From the NCBI RefSeq assembly GCF_964355755.1, contig NC_092678.1, positions 23,267,365 through 23,331,364 on the forward strand: a stretch of 64,000 bases of DNA, written 5' to 3'. The notes below the pieces were generated by a model. It was not told the origin of the DNA. It saw only the letters and a list, made by a program, of their open reading frames with translations, and ran no database searches. Position numbers and translations under genes: made by a program. This document shows positions 24,401 through 39,400 of this stretch, one piece after another; position 1 is the first letter of the stretch, and each line of letters starts with the position of its first letter. This DNA comes from Antedon mediterranea (lineage: Eukaryota; Animalia; Echinodermata).

Positions 24401-27400
24401 ACAATAGAAGGATTTAACCAATTTGAATAAAGCTTTTATACTCAATGCAAAAGTCATTAAATTTCACGAATAAATCAATTTTGTTGGTTGTGAATGACTC
24501 TCTTTGTGAAAATCACGGCGAGGGTGTATTTTAAATCTATTTATAACTTGCACATAAATAAATAATTATTCGTATCCTGAGTGAAATTAATTTATATGTG
24601 TAGTAGCATTAACTTCCTGTGTCTTCAAAAAGATTACGATCACATGGCCAAGAAATGTAGGAAATACTGGTAACCAATTAATTATATTTATCCCATTTCT
24701 TAGTCTTATCTTGGTATACCAACATGTGCTTCATTAAATGTTGTAACTCTCTCTGGAGTGTATAACTCAAAAGTTAGAATATTAGGTGAATTTCCTTGCA
24801 AACTATGTGTAAAGGCAACTAAAAGTTGGTCCCTGAACAATATTTTTTATTTTATTCATTTCAAAAATATTTAAAAATTCATAATTACAGTAAAAAACGA
24901 TTGGTACAGTACATTAAAACTAAAAAAGTTACAAACATAAAAAAAGTTTTAACTGGATGGTCTAGAAGGAACTACAGTTAATTACCTATAGAACCAGATA
25001 TGGGTTTATCTAGGCGATTGGAGGGTCTGGACAGGAATTAAGCTATGTCTACACTATCAAACTAAAACAAAAACAGCGAGATGTGCCCAAATATGGTAGT
25101 GATATACCCAAATATAGTAGTGATATGACATCATCATGTTCATGGGCACATCACATTTTAAGTTTAATACTAGTGTAGACAGTTATTTTACCCCCAGATA
25201 CATGTGTTCACCTACAGTAGGCAACATTTAAAGAGCTTAGATATACCACCAGATTAATTTTTAATTCAAAAAACTAAAAATGTAAGACGAACCCTATTTT
25301 TCGATCCTAAACTTCATTCACACATATATACAAGAACGCAATAATCATCTTGTAGCTGCATTCACCAAACCTAACCAACTGAACTATCACTTTGAAATAA
25401 ACCGATTAATTTTACTTCAACTTGATAAAATCAATGAAACCCGTTACAGTATCTCCATAAACACAATAGTAATAATCAATTTTACCAGCCAATAACGGCG
25501 AGAATTAATTAATATCTAGTCAGGATACACATGGTCTTGCTATTGTTGTCTATGTTTTTTATCAATACTATGTCTGAAATATAGTATTATTAAACACTCA
25601 AGGCTAAACACTAATGAACTCTTTAAGTACTATATATTAGATTCTATGAAACAACCATCCTACAGTACTGTTTGTTACTGTATAATATATTTAAGGTGGT
25701 GGTAGATGTTACCGACCCATCATTTCTCGTAAAAATATGTTTCGCAATAGTTTTTATCTAGCTGCCATTTGGTCACTGAATGCTTGTCAGTATACCGTAC
25801 GAGAGTGATGTGACACCTTGAATTGTAATTGTTTTTTTTTATATGTTTTTTGTATATCTCAGAGCAAACATAATTTCTATGTATTTTTATATGCAAATGA
25901 AAATAAATGAAAATAATTTTCCATAGATAAATAAATGAATGTTTGTTTTACAGGTTACCTTTTACAAATTACACAAAATACACATATGATGCATTTTTTT
26001 CTGATCCGCATGTCAATTATTATTAATTTATACTACGTGTATGTGTTAAACTTAAGGGGAAAAAATCAGCGCCAAACATGTGTTATTGTAGACAGACAAT
26101 ATGCAAATTAGCATAAGTCCAGGTGTTAAGGCTATCAACAACGAGCACATGGATGTTAAAGCTGCCAGTACGAAAATGGACAGAAAAATATTATGAAACT
26201 TTTAAGTATTATCTTATTGGTTTTTTTTAGGGTCTTAGCTGCTTATTTTGAGTTCCCGTTTCCTAACTTTTTGGTGACATATTTGTGTATATTTATTATT
26301 ATCCTTAGTTTTATGGAATAAATTGATTTTGATTAATTGATGGCATAATAATCTAGATTTTTAATACGGTTCTGAATTTGTTATTTTTTGGTATTAATAT
26401 TTTTATTTTATATGAATAAATATATTTTCTTGAATGTAATAAACACAACTCACATTATTATCATGATGAATTAGTTGAAAATGTTTTACTAATTTGAAAC
26501 TGACTGTGTGGTACCAAGACAGATTGTCATCGCTAATTCAAACTCACCAATTAGACGGCCCGAATGAACAAATTAGCTTGTGTGATGTAGCACGCCATGG
26601 CAGGTAACACCAATAGAGAGATTGTTATGCACCCCAGGGAAAATAATTTAGGTTGATTTGAAGGTCAGAAGGTCAAAAGTAACACATTTTAAATATTTGA
26701 ATTAATAATTCAAATGCACTAATGTATGCAAGATCAACTTAAACTGGATTTAACATAAATAAAATAATTTGTACAATCGGCTTTACAATATTAAAGAATT
26801 AATTAATAATTTAAACTAATTTACTAACCTATATGAAACCAAACAATATTGTAATAATATATATACAGTAAATAATAGATTATTAATAATATAAATATTG
26901 TAGTATATGTAAATTATTAAATTAAATTTTTTAACAATAATATTTTTTTGGGTTTTTAACATTTCAGATCAATCGATCACTAAATAATAAAATCAATCAA
27001 TTTTATTTTAATCCATAAATCAAAATTATCTGTTCAGATCACAGTACAATTGTTTAACATGTTTTTTGTTGTTGTTTTAATATTTCACATATGATAATTA
27101 TGAATATGCTTTTCTTCATTTATAAAAAATGTATAAGTACCATATGTTATTGTGAGTTAAAAGCTTAACACCAAATTATTAATATTTACGTCAGGCCTCT
27201 ACAATTAAGCAACAATAGAAGGATACAGTATAAAATATGTAGGTACTGTATGTACAATTTATGATCATTTTAATTTGAAAAGGAAGACAAGAAAACGTAC
27301 CGGTAGTTACTTTTTATAGGGGACTTAACGTCAGGGACCCCCCTATATTTGGAGATTTAGAGGGTTATCCCTGCTGGTACAATACAAATGATTGGGCTTT

Positions 27401-30400
27401 TTTTGTTGTTATTGAAAAGGAAGTCGAGGAAACATAGTTATTTTTTTAGGGGACTTAACGTCAGGGACCCCCCCCCCCCCCCCTATATTTGGGGAGGGCT
27501 ATCCCTGCTGGTACCATACACATTTTGCATTTTTTTTTTTCTTATCTTTGTTTGTTCCTGTATAGTATCGAAAGAACTCAAATAAAATCATTTATGAATT
27601 GTTTTCATTCATTCTGCTTTTATTCAATATTTCTCTTTGCAGTATATATAAAATAAAACTGAATTGCGACAGATTTACATATAAAATTGGTACAAGCTTT
27701 CAAACATCAAAATTTACAACATTAAAAAGTTAAAAAGTATAAAAAAAAATATTTTTAAAAAGAACCCCTACAAAAATTTTTGTAGAAACATACTTTATGT
27801 AGCATTTTTGAACGCCACATCAGCAAAAATGTTTTGTTTACAGTAGTTTAGGTTGGACCAGAGCAACTACAATCAGTTAGTATAATAGAATTTCATTTAA
27901 CAGGTATTAATACTATATAGCTAATTGAATATTGTCATAATTATAATTGATTTGCATTTATGACATAAGAGGAAAAAAAATGCAAATCTGCCTATAGGGT
28001 TTTGCTTATTTTTATTCAATTTTTATTCAAGTATTTTTCGTATAACACATTTTCATTGATGTGTCACTACATTAAACCAGCCGTAACAGTATTACAATTT
28101 TAGATATTATAGTAGTATGTGTATGTTACATATACATTTAGTGTGGATTATCATCAGATATAGCATAGAGAATATCATCACCCCAGTTTATTTTCAACGC
28201 TGCACGATTCGTTAAAACGCATAAATTAAATGATGATGCACAGAGACAGGTGATAATGATACAAATCATCATCAGAACTAAATCATGATATATTATCCTT
28301 ACTTTAAATAAAAATATATTTTTGATATTAAACATGTTATTGGGCATGTTTACAAATAATGCTGTGGTGTTGAATAGTGTGTGAAGTTTAATAGTTTGTG
28401 CAGTTGAATATATTGTGGTAGTGACATTAAAGATTAAAATAATGTGACAATTTTTCAACTATAAAGCCTTGTCTACACTATCAAACTTTATGTGACAAAA
28501 ACATATGATGTGCCCATATATGGACATGATGATGTCATATCACTACCGTATTTGGGCATATCACTATCATATTTTGGCACATCAAACTAGTTTGATAGTG
28601 TAGACAAGGTTTAAAGTTAGATTATCTTTTAGAAGTATTATAACTTTATGTTTATATTAAAACCAGTGCATTGGGACACCACTAGTAAGGAGACACTTCT
28701 ATTAAACAGACACTACTTTCCTGTAAAACGAACATGAGAAAGTATACAATTTAACACTATAGTCAACCCCTATTAAGGGAGAACTTTTTTAGGCCCCAAA
28801 GGTGTCCTTGTAAGGAGTTCTACTGTATTTCCTGTTACCTTTATTAACCATGCAAAAAATTATTAAAATAATAAAGAGTGTTACTTACCTTTCTTTCTAA
28901 TCTGTACAATATATTTCTCAATAGCAGGGCCAGTCTTGTCCTCTGGCCAAGTTATTTCTGCCTCGTCCTTACCAGGCTTTGACACAACGCCAGTTGGTTT
29001 CAATGGAACTGTAATAACAATATTATTATTAATTTATTGGTCATTCCCAAACAACCAAAGAAGCATACAGGTAACATATATTTTATATATAATGGAACCT
29101 TCTAATGATTATATCAGCTATTAAGATATTTAATCACTAAATATAAGACAAAATAAGCAGCATAGTGGAACATCATACAATCAACAACAGTGGAGGAATT
29201 GACAGGGATATGTACAGGTAATAATGAATTGCAATCAACGCCATAGCGGACTGTCCTCTCTGCTGGAGGCTTCAGCAGTCTTCTTATTCACCGTGGTTTC
29301 TGTAATGTGAGAGGGCCTAACCTTTCTGATAGGGGCACTAGCTTCTGTATAATTTTAAGTATTCTGAAGATGATCACAACTTCAGACAGGAGTCTCATCG
29401 TTTGGGTTTAACAAGGGGTCTAAGATCGCAGTCTCTCAGTCTGACAAGAGAGAGGCTCACAGCATCTGGGAAAGCCACATAGCCTGGGAGAGGCTCACAG
29501 AGCCTGGGAGAGGCTCACAGCGCCTGGGAGAGGTTCACAGCGCATGAGAGAGGCACACAGCACCTGGGAGTGGTGTTACTCAAAATAACAAGGTCAAGTT
29601 ATCTATGGAACGCTGGTGCAACACGATCACTGCTAGATTCTTGACATAATTGTTAGGGTTTTTATACACATTTAGATTGCATAACAGTCGCCAAATTGTT
29701 TTTGTTTGTGATGAATATGAGAAGATCCCTCAACTTCAGATCAAGTTTACAACTTTAGGAATCTTGCTTGATACAAAGAGTAAATTCTCTTCTATCTTAT
29801 GTTCATACAGACTCAAGACTGCACATAGCTTAATGATGTAATTGAAAACAAGTTGAACTTAAAGAACTTGTCACACTTCTAAGTGTAAATATTAAGTACT
29901 TTGTGACATGATAGAAGAAAAACAAAAATGAGATAATTGAAATGAATATATTAAAAGTATAATAATATGAGCTTAATATAAAAGAATATATTATTAAATT
30001 GATAATCATATTGCCTAAATTGCAAGGTTTGATACTGTAAACCATATCAAGGCTTGATACTTTAGACTGTATCAAGGCTTGATACAGAAAACTATATCAA
30101 TCTACTCAACCGCTCTATCTATTTTCTTAGTAGGCTAGTGAAATAAAAGTTCTCTAAAAAAAGAAATAAATAAAACAAATTTGTCCTTGTAAAATATTTA
30201 TGAATGTGTAGTTTTAAACTGCGAATAAATAAATGTAAACAAATTGGTATTGTTTTAAACATTGTACAAAATATGATCAAATAAACGAAAACAAATTTAA
30301 CTAGTAAATAAATATATTAAATTCTTACTTACAATGTTATTAAACGATGGTATTTCAAATCTAACACAAATATGAGTACGATACAGAAATATAATTGAGT

Positions 30401-33400
30401 GTACAGTCAAACACAGATGGGTCTATATAGTATTAATTGACTGCTTGCTGTAAGGTTATTCCATTTTGTTATGGGGTGAGATAATCTGCATACCATTGAA
30501 ATATTTCATTATGCCTATAGGCAAATTATGAAATAAATGACAAACATTACAGCTATCACCCCAAAATACTGGGTATAACTAATTTTAGCATAACTTTTAA
30601 ATTTTTAAATGGGAATATGCAAATTTAGCACGAAACAAAGCTGATTTTGTATGTTATTAGTTCTGTACTGGAGACAGACAAGATAATATAGAGGGCGCTA
30701 GAATAAATATTGTACTGATGGCAATATCAAATTTAAACATTAGAACACATAGTGTCCAGCTACCCACCTATTAGGACATTTAAAAATTTGATATTAGCAG
30801 TCTTTGACAAAAAAAACCCCTAAAAATTAACCCTATTTCATTAACCAAAGTAAATATATTACCTCCAGATTTGCGCGTTTGTTTCTCGATTAAGTCTTGC
30901 TCGCCGTATCCAGCCGTGTTCTTTCCTTCGATGGACACTCGATATGTAGTCTCTGGCGTTAGGCCTTCAATAATACAATCCTTTGTTTCAGGTGGATAAG
31001 TATAATCGCTCACGTTCTCTACATTTTGGTCAACAACTATGAAAGAAAAACAATTACTTTACTTGTTTACTTGTTTACTTGTTTCCGGAGCTCAGCAATG
31101 CTGGGTCCGGAGTCGAGGCTAGGCTATGCCTATAAGCCCCTCTTGATAATTACATCAACTCTTGAATATGGCGCAAATTTAAGAAAGTGGTTGGACCATG
31201 CCCGTTCAAGACCGGACTTAAATTGATTGGTTGATCTTGAAGCTACTACATCCTCCGATAACGAATTCCATAATATAATAGCTTTTCGACCAAATGAGTT
31301 CCTTATCCAATTTGTGCGTGAGAACTTAAATTTTAATTTAAAGAATGACCACGTGTTCTAACATCTTCACCATTAGTATCAGTAATAATTAGTAATGCAA
31401 TTTCCATTATATTGGATAATAAAATAATACTATAAATAAATAAATAAATAAATATCTCTATCTGTAGTAACATTTAGTGCATAACTACAAGATATTTTAT
31501 ACTAGAGGCATGAAAGGCAGCTTATATTTGGAATCTCTACATTTTAGCCTACATTTTTTTTTACTGAAATAACGCATGATTTTAGTTTTTTTCAATGTAT
31601 AAGTTTATGAGACAGTCACTGCAATCAAGTTTATGTATGATACTCTGAAGAAAACTTGATAAATAATTTCATAAATAGTAAAGAGTAAACAAATTGTAGT
31701 TACTGCAGTAGAATATTGTTGATAAGGTCTCTTACCTGAACTAACTTTGACCCTATATTCATCTGCTTCTCCTCCTTTATTTGCCGGTGACCAAAACAGT
31801 TTCATCTTCTTTGATAACATCACTATCTCAAAATCCAAGGGCTGTCCAGGAGCTACGGTTGTAAAATTTAAATAAAAAAGTAATCATTAATTAATGTAAT
31901 GAATTGTATTATTTTAATAATAAAATCATAACTTAAACACAATACAAAATTCCTTTTGTTCAAAAAAATGGAAATAATCTTGCTGACGACAGCTATTACA
32001 CAAACAATATCTCAACTACTTATAAACAAATGGTACTAAACCCAATACTAGGAGTTGAACCATGTACCCTGAAATTAAAAGGCAAGCACCCAGCTACAGT
32101 TCCACTATTAGACTACTTACGTGCTTCAGGGGTACTGAATCTATTAGTTGGGCTTCGTGGTCCTTCTTGTTTACTGTTAGCGACAACAACGTGAAGCTCG
32201 TAATCCGTCGACGGTTTAAGGTCGTTGACCTCGCAGGGTGAGGTCATGCATTCAACGGATTTGAAAGCAGATACTTGGGCTATTGTTTCAGTGTAATATA
32301 CCTATTCAAAAAAAAAAACATCATTTATTATAGAAAATATTTAAAATTATAAGTCAACTTTTTGAGATGCAAGAAAAAATAAATACCTACCCTATAATAT
32401 TTAAATTTTCCTTGTAAAGATTCTGGTGTAACAGGGTCAAAGCTTACTGAAGCTGACGTTGGTGAGGTCACATTAACTTCTACATTACCTGGAGCAACCG
32501 TTGGTCCTAAGAAAAAAAGAGTATCACTTAAGGTAAGCATCACTTAGTATCAAATTGCTTGTCAGAAGTTGAATGAGAGAAATTATTGTACAAAGAGATT
32601 GTAAAATCAAAACGAGTGACAACTACTAAACACATACTTCCTTCACCAGAGTAACCAGTGACAATGTCTGATGGTGGTCCATCGCCCTCGTCATTCGTAG
32701 CGGTCACTCTAATCTCAAACTTCTCGTAGGTTTTTGTGTCAGCAATGGTTAGTGAATTTTTTTCTGGGTTTACCATTCTTGTAGTCCAGCCGTCAGCAGT
32801 CTCGTTTCTGTACTCAACTCTGTACATGAATCCTTCTCCGCCGTATTGTGTAACATCCATTGGCTGTAAGGATATTTTTTCATTTATAATTTTAAATTTG
32901 TTTTATATCATTTATTATTATTATTATTTATTCAGGCATAAGATACATTTTACAAAATATAATACAAATTAAACAAACACAACGCAAAAGAAAATATAAA
33001 ATCATAGTCGCCAGGAAAGCACAAAAGCAGCCTAAGCCACTGTCACCAATTAGGTGTGTACCTCATGGCAGTGACAGTACAGTGCCTACCATGAGACAGG
33101 CCAGTACAATGGGGTATACACTGGACCTCCATCCTAATCCTAGAAGACTTGTTACAAGAATAGTGGTATGCCCAAATATGGTAGTGATATGACATCATCA
33201 TGTCCATATATGGGCAAATAATATTTGTTTGTCACATAAAGTTTGATAGTGGAGACAGACTTGTAAAGTCTTTTCTACACTATAAAACTTTATGTGACAA
33301 AAAAGTGCGATGTACCCAAATATGGTAGTGATATGCCCAAATATGGTAGTGATATAACATCATCATGTCCATATATGGGCATATAACATTTTGTTGTTGC

Positions 33401-36400
33401 ATAAAGTTCGATAGTGTAGAAGAGGCTTATAAGATATTGTTTTATGTAGAGCATCTTGTGCTCTATGATTGTCTTGTCAATGAATTACCTGTATTCAGGA
33501 CATTTATTTTATTTTATTTTATTTTATTAATTTTAGCAACATTAAAACAATACATAAACTTTGAGTGTGCCAAGGAGTGGCAAAAGAGATCAAAGGACCA
33601 CTGTCGCCATAAGGCGTGCCACACCAGCACTCAAAGCATACATTAAAACATAAAACAATGTAAATATGTAATATTAATACCATATTTATATACATTAATT
33701 GATATTCTTTGAAAATGTGCTTCAATAAAAAAATAGCAATTGTACTTACGTCCCATGAAATCACCATAGTAGTTTCATCGTCGCTTTGTCCGACTATGTT
33801 ACCCGGAAAAACGGTAGGTGAGCTAGCAGGTGTTGTAATACTGTTACTACTCTCACCGTAAGCAGACCTGCCGACCCCGTTGATAGCCGATACGCGAAAA
33901 AAGAATGTTAATCCACCGGGTAGTAAATCCAATTCAGTTGACGTTAACGTGCTGTCTACTCGTTTAATTTCTCGCCATCCGACGCCCTCTTGAGTGGTGT
34001 TATACTCAATGATGTATTCAGTGATGTTTGAATTTTTAGAATTTGAACGTTTCCACGATATTCTGGTGGCAGCATCTCCTCTTTTACTAGCTTCCACATC
34101 ATATGGTGCAGATGGAACATCTAGATTAACATTAAAAGAACAAAATGTGTTTTATAATACTGTACAGCAAATTTGTATTATGCAAATGTATATGAAAATG
34201 ACTGTTTGCATACAAATCAATGCAAACCAATTTAAAAAAACTCAAAAATGTATGGTTATACAAAAAAGAAAATTCAGTTTCTGGAAGTGTTTTTGTGTTT
34301 CCAGTTGACGTATAGGAAAAGTGATCAATCCTGAAGGAAAAATTTAAAATCCCCACTTTGGCAGAAATAGACCTGTCATTGACATAGGCACCTGAAGGGA
34401 AGAGGAGAGTGGAAAGACCAAGAGAAAAGTAAAGAAGAATTGTGGCAAAATAAAGGAACAACTTAGTCTAAAGCTCTGTCTACACCATCAAACTTTATGT
34501 GACAAAAAAAGTGTGATGTGCCCATATATGATCATGATGATGTCATATCACTACCATATTTAAGCATATCACTGCTATATTTGGGCACATCACACCTTTT
34601 TGTCAAACTCGTTTGATAGTGTAGACAGAGTCAGTGACTGCAGCCAAGACAGTGTGGAGTACTAGGCTTTATTCCTAACAGGGAAATAAGAAATTATATA
34701 TAGATAGGCCTGCTATAAAACCTAATGTAATGTTACCTTGTACAGTGAGTGTACCACAAGACTTAGCCAAGTCATACGTGGTTGATGCGATACAGCAGTA
34801 CTCTCCAGTGTCTGAAACCTTGGTTTTCAAAACATCCAACACACTTCGGTCTCCATTGTAACGGAACCTGTCATGGCCTGCGTCATTTGCAACCATGCCA
34901 TTTGCGGTCCACGACCAAACAATCTCCGCTCTGGCATCTTTCGTAGCCGAGCACTGTAACGTGGCTTGCTCTGGTTTGTTTACTCTCGTCTCTTGTACAC
35001 CCGCAACTATGGTTGTCTTAGCTGCAGAAAGAGTCATTCAAAATAAATGTATAAAGCAAATTTTGTTTTGTTTTAATATATTTAGGCAAATTGCCAAGGA
35101 TAACCATAAGCGAATTCATTCACTATCCTCCTTAAAGGTGTCAATCCAGTTCACAAAACAAACATATATATAAGATGCTCTACATAAAAAAAAGTCTTAT
35201 TATAAGTCTTTGGGAGAGGAGTTGTAATTTGTCATTAGAACAAATCATGACATGACAGGACTTGAACCCAGGACCCTATTTGGTAGCCAAGCATCATAGC
35301 CACTAAGCCACAAGTCTGTGTTTAAATTTGATAAATCTGTGCTGTTATACTATATTATGCTGAGGATGATATCTGCCTTAACATACAGTGAAAGTCAGCA
35401 CTATGGTACAATTATCAAAATGTCTAACTTTCTTATTTTCTTCATCTGTATTCCTTCTAATGTGTTTTTATCAGCATTATTGCTGGGTATTTTAGAATTT
35501 CTTTGCTTTAAAAAAAAAATATGTCTTCTCATTGAAGACACTAATTATGTGGTGTATGATGGTAAAGAGACTTACTCCTGAAAACAATGTTGCCTTGACC
35601 AGAATCTTCGGCTCCTTTGTTGGAAACCTTACATGTGTAGGCGCCCTCATCTTCTCTCACTACGTTGTTTATTGTTAAGCTGCCATCTTCGTTAATGGTG
35701 TATTTTTCATTATTGGTGATCTAATGGGTAAATACAAGAAATGTTAGTACAGTAGTACCTTTAGACTGGACAACCTTAAGCTCTGTATACACTATCAAAG
35801 TAGTCTGACAACAAAAAGTGTGATGTGCCCAAATATGGTAGTGATATGACATCATTGTGTCCATATATGGGCACATCACATTTCACATAAATTTAATAGT
35901 GTAAACAGAGATTTACACCGACTCTGTAAATGTGTAAACAACCCACTCATAATTTGAGAGTGCAAATAACTATGTATAAGCATGAATATATGAGGATATT
36001 GACACATACCGGACCAGACTTGCCTTCCCAAGTGACATCTGGGAATGGCCTGCCTATGTGACCGCATTGTAAGGTCACCGATTCACCTTCCGCGGCTGGT
36101 TTGTCCGTCTCTGGTGGATCTACAATCTCCGCATTAATAACTAGAAAACAATATTACTCAATAACAATACCAAGATATTTGTAATATTTATTTATTAATT
36201 AGAAAATTATTATTCTGTAAAAAACAAGGTAAAATAGTTCGTATGATACAACTCTCCGAAAAAACATGAATGATATTGACAGTATATTGTATGTAAATCA
36301 CAATGTAAACCAACTAACCAATATTCATTTGTACCTAGTTGTAAAAATGACATCATATCGTATCAACGTTAAAAATGCAATAGCAATGTACACATAAATT

Positions 36401-39400
36401 CCTTACCATTGACGCTAAGTATCGCATCGGCCATTATTTTTCCGTGAGTGTTCTCAGCAACACACTGGTACACGCTATTGTCGTCTGTAGTGGCGTCAGT
36501 AAGAGTGACCGTGTTTCCATTTATCGTCCTGCGCGAATCTTGAGCTAATAATACAAAAAGAATGCCTTTAATAGGATGATGTCATAGCATTACCATATTT
36601 GTGCATATCACTTCCACATATGGGCAATTCAATTCAATTCAAATAATATAATTAACGTCCAAAAGACAAAAGGTAACAAACAACAACAATGGCAAGAGAT
36701 AATAAAGAAAATGGACAAAGGCAGATCCCAGAAAGATGTGAATCTTGTAACAGGATTGCCTTTACAAATTACTTAATAATAGAAAATTATGAAAAAGACA
36801 AATAAAGTTAATCATATTTTGTTGTCATATAAAGTTTGATAGTGTGGACAGAGCTTTAGATTGCCTACTTACGTGGTTCAGCACCATTAATTAACCATGA
36901 AATGGCAGGTTGAGGAATACCGGTTGCTTCACATGTGATGGTAGCAGTTTCACCAGGGGCTATACCCACATCAGCAGGCTCTGAAACCCACGTGGGGGAA
37001 GCTAAGAATGAAGAAAAAATAAAAATATTTATAATACTGTTTAAAATTTAATGATAATTATACAGTAACCAATCAACCATTTGTATAACACCACCATCAT
37101 TGCAGGTCAGAACAAGTGACAAGTAGACCAATGACAAGCGACAGTTGAATGATTCATCACTTGTGATTGATCAGATCACTTTGTTGCGCTTACGTGCTTG
37201 TGTTGCATCCTAGTGAGAACAAAGATTTGTTGTACACTATGTGTTTTAAAATAAAGTTGAGAATGTAATGTTTCAGTTATGCTAACTACTGTCGTTAGTC
37301 AGTAAGTTGCTTTTATTGTGCTTCTTAATAGTTATAGGGAATGGGAATAGTGGGTGCTGTATATGGAGCTGGGGTCTCACTAGGAATTTGAAATCAGCAC
37401 TGTTGACTCTTATGGCAGCCCCTGCATCTAGTATCTGCCTCAGATGTATTGGCTTACGCCTTTCTTCTGGTCAAGCCCTTGATCAATGTTAGGAACAATC
37501 AAAGTGCTTTAAACAGTCCTGGCTAAGTTTCAACAACCATTCAGATGAATGTAAAACTAATTGATATTGTCATTTGTGACAGACGTCGGCTATAAATAAT
37601 AGTTATTGAAATCATGTACACAATACCTTCGACTATAAGCTCAAAGTTTCTGCTGATATCATAGTCGTCACTAATACCATAACACTGGTAATTGCCCGCG
37701 TCTTCAATTTGAATATCTGAGATGATGAATTCTTGACCAAAGCTAGCAGTAGTAAACCGTTCATTTGGGTCAAATTCCCATTGTATTTCAGGGGTTGGGC
37801 TAAAAAAACAAATAGAGAAAAAAGGGTTAGTTTTATTATGATTAATAAAGTATACATCTGAGAATAAAAATAGACGTAATAAAATGGAACATTTAAACAA
37901 ATGATTATAGATTTTAACCCATATATTCACTAATACAAAAATATCAGTATGTGTAACATATCATTATCATACAATATATATTATGAAAATGGGTAACATT
38001 ATTATTATAATATTCATATATTATCATTGTTATTTTAACAATCAATTCTAAGTCTATATTGCATTCATTTTATTTGTTAGCTATAAAATATATATTGTTA
38101 AATGTAATAGTCACATTCGGTTAGGTTTTATGTTCTCTTCTATTTCTAATTACTTTAAATTATGGGGTCTATATTAATTATTACTATTACTATATTATAA
38201 TTATTAATATGAATGAGTATTAATAAGTATGAGTATTAATATGTATGAGTAATAATAAGTATGAGTATTAATAAGTATCAGTATTAATAAGTATGAATAT
38301 TATTAAGTATGACTATTAATAAGTATGAGTATTAATAAGTATGAATATTATTAAGTATGAGTACTAATATGTATGAGTATTAATAAATATAAATATTATT
38401 AAGTATGAGTATTATAAAGTATGAGTATTAAATAAGTATGAGTATTAATAAGTATGAGTATTAATAAGTATGAGTATTATTAAGTATGAGTATTAATATG
38501 TATGAATATTATTAAGTATGAGTATTATAAAGTATGAGTATTAATAAGTATGAGTATTAATAAGTATTAAGTATGAGTATTTATAAGTAGGAGTATTATT
38601 AAGTATGAGTATTAATAAGTATTAAATAAGTATGAGTATTAATAAGTATCAGTATTAATAAGTATGAGTATTAATATGTATGAGTATTAAATAAGTATGA
38701 GTATTAATATGTATGAGTATTAATAAGTATGAATATTATTAAGTATGAGTACTAATATGTATGAGTATTAATAAATATGAATATTATTAAGTATGAGTAT
38801 TATAAAGTATGAGTATTAATAAGTATGAGTATTAATAAGTATTAAGTATGAGTATTTATAAGTAGGAGTATTATTAAGTATGAGTATTAATAAGTATTAA
38901 ATAAGTATGAGTATTAATATGTATAAAGCATTAATAAGTATGAGTATTTATAAGTATGAGTATTAACTTACTATCCGACTGCAATACACTTTGTGGACAT
39001 TGTTGAGCCTGCTACAACTAGTCTGGATAACTCTTGATCTGCAGGTTGCCATTCCGGATTTCGTGGCCCTGTTGGTGTACCTGCGAAGTCAATATTAATG
39101 CATCTTTAACATACAAAATCAAGTTAAAAATCCATTAGCTCTACCAGAGGATTTCATTCCTATATAAATCTGCCTCATAAAGCTCTGTCAACACTATCAA
39201 ACTTTATGTGAAAATAAAATGTGATGTGCCCATATATGGACATGATGATGTCATATAATTACCCTATTTGGGCATATCACCACCATATTTAGGTACATCA
39301 CACTTTTTTTGTTAAACTAGTTTAATAGTGTAGACAGAGCTTTATGTAGTGTAAGATAGTTAAAATAATATTAAATTACATTCTTACCCTCGACCTTTAA

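Noticed and set aside
30333-30360. 28-nt AG...GTAAGT unit between FnIII-4 and FnIII-5
   Set aside because: It is frameshifting and the flanking exons already join in phase; no other support.
35255-35312. tRNA gene
   Set aside because: A and B boxes only, with no complete cloverleaf; more consistent with a SINE head.
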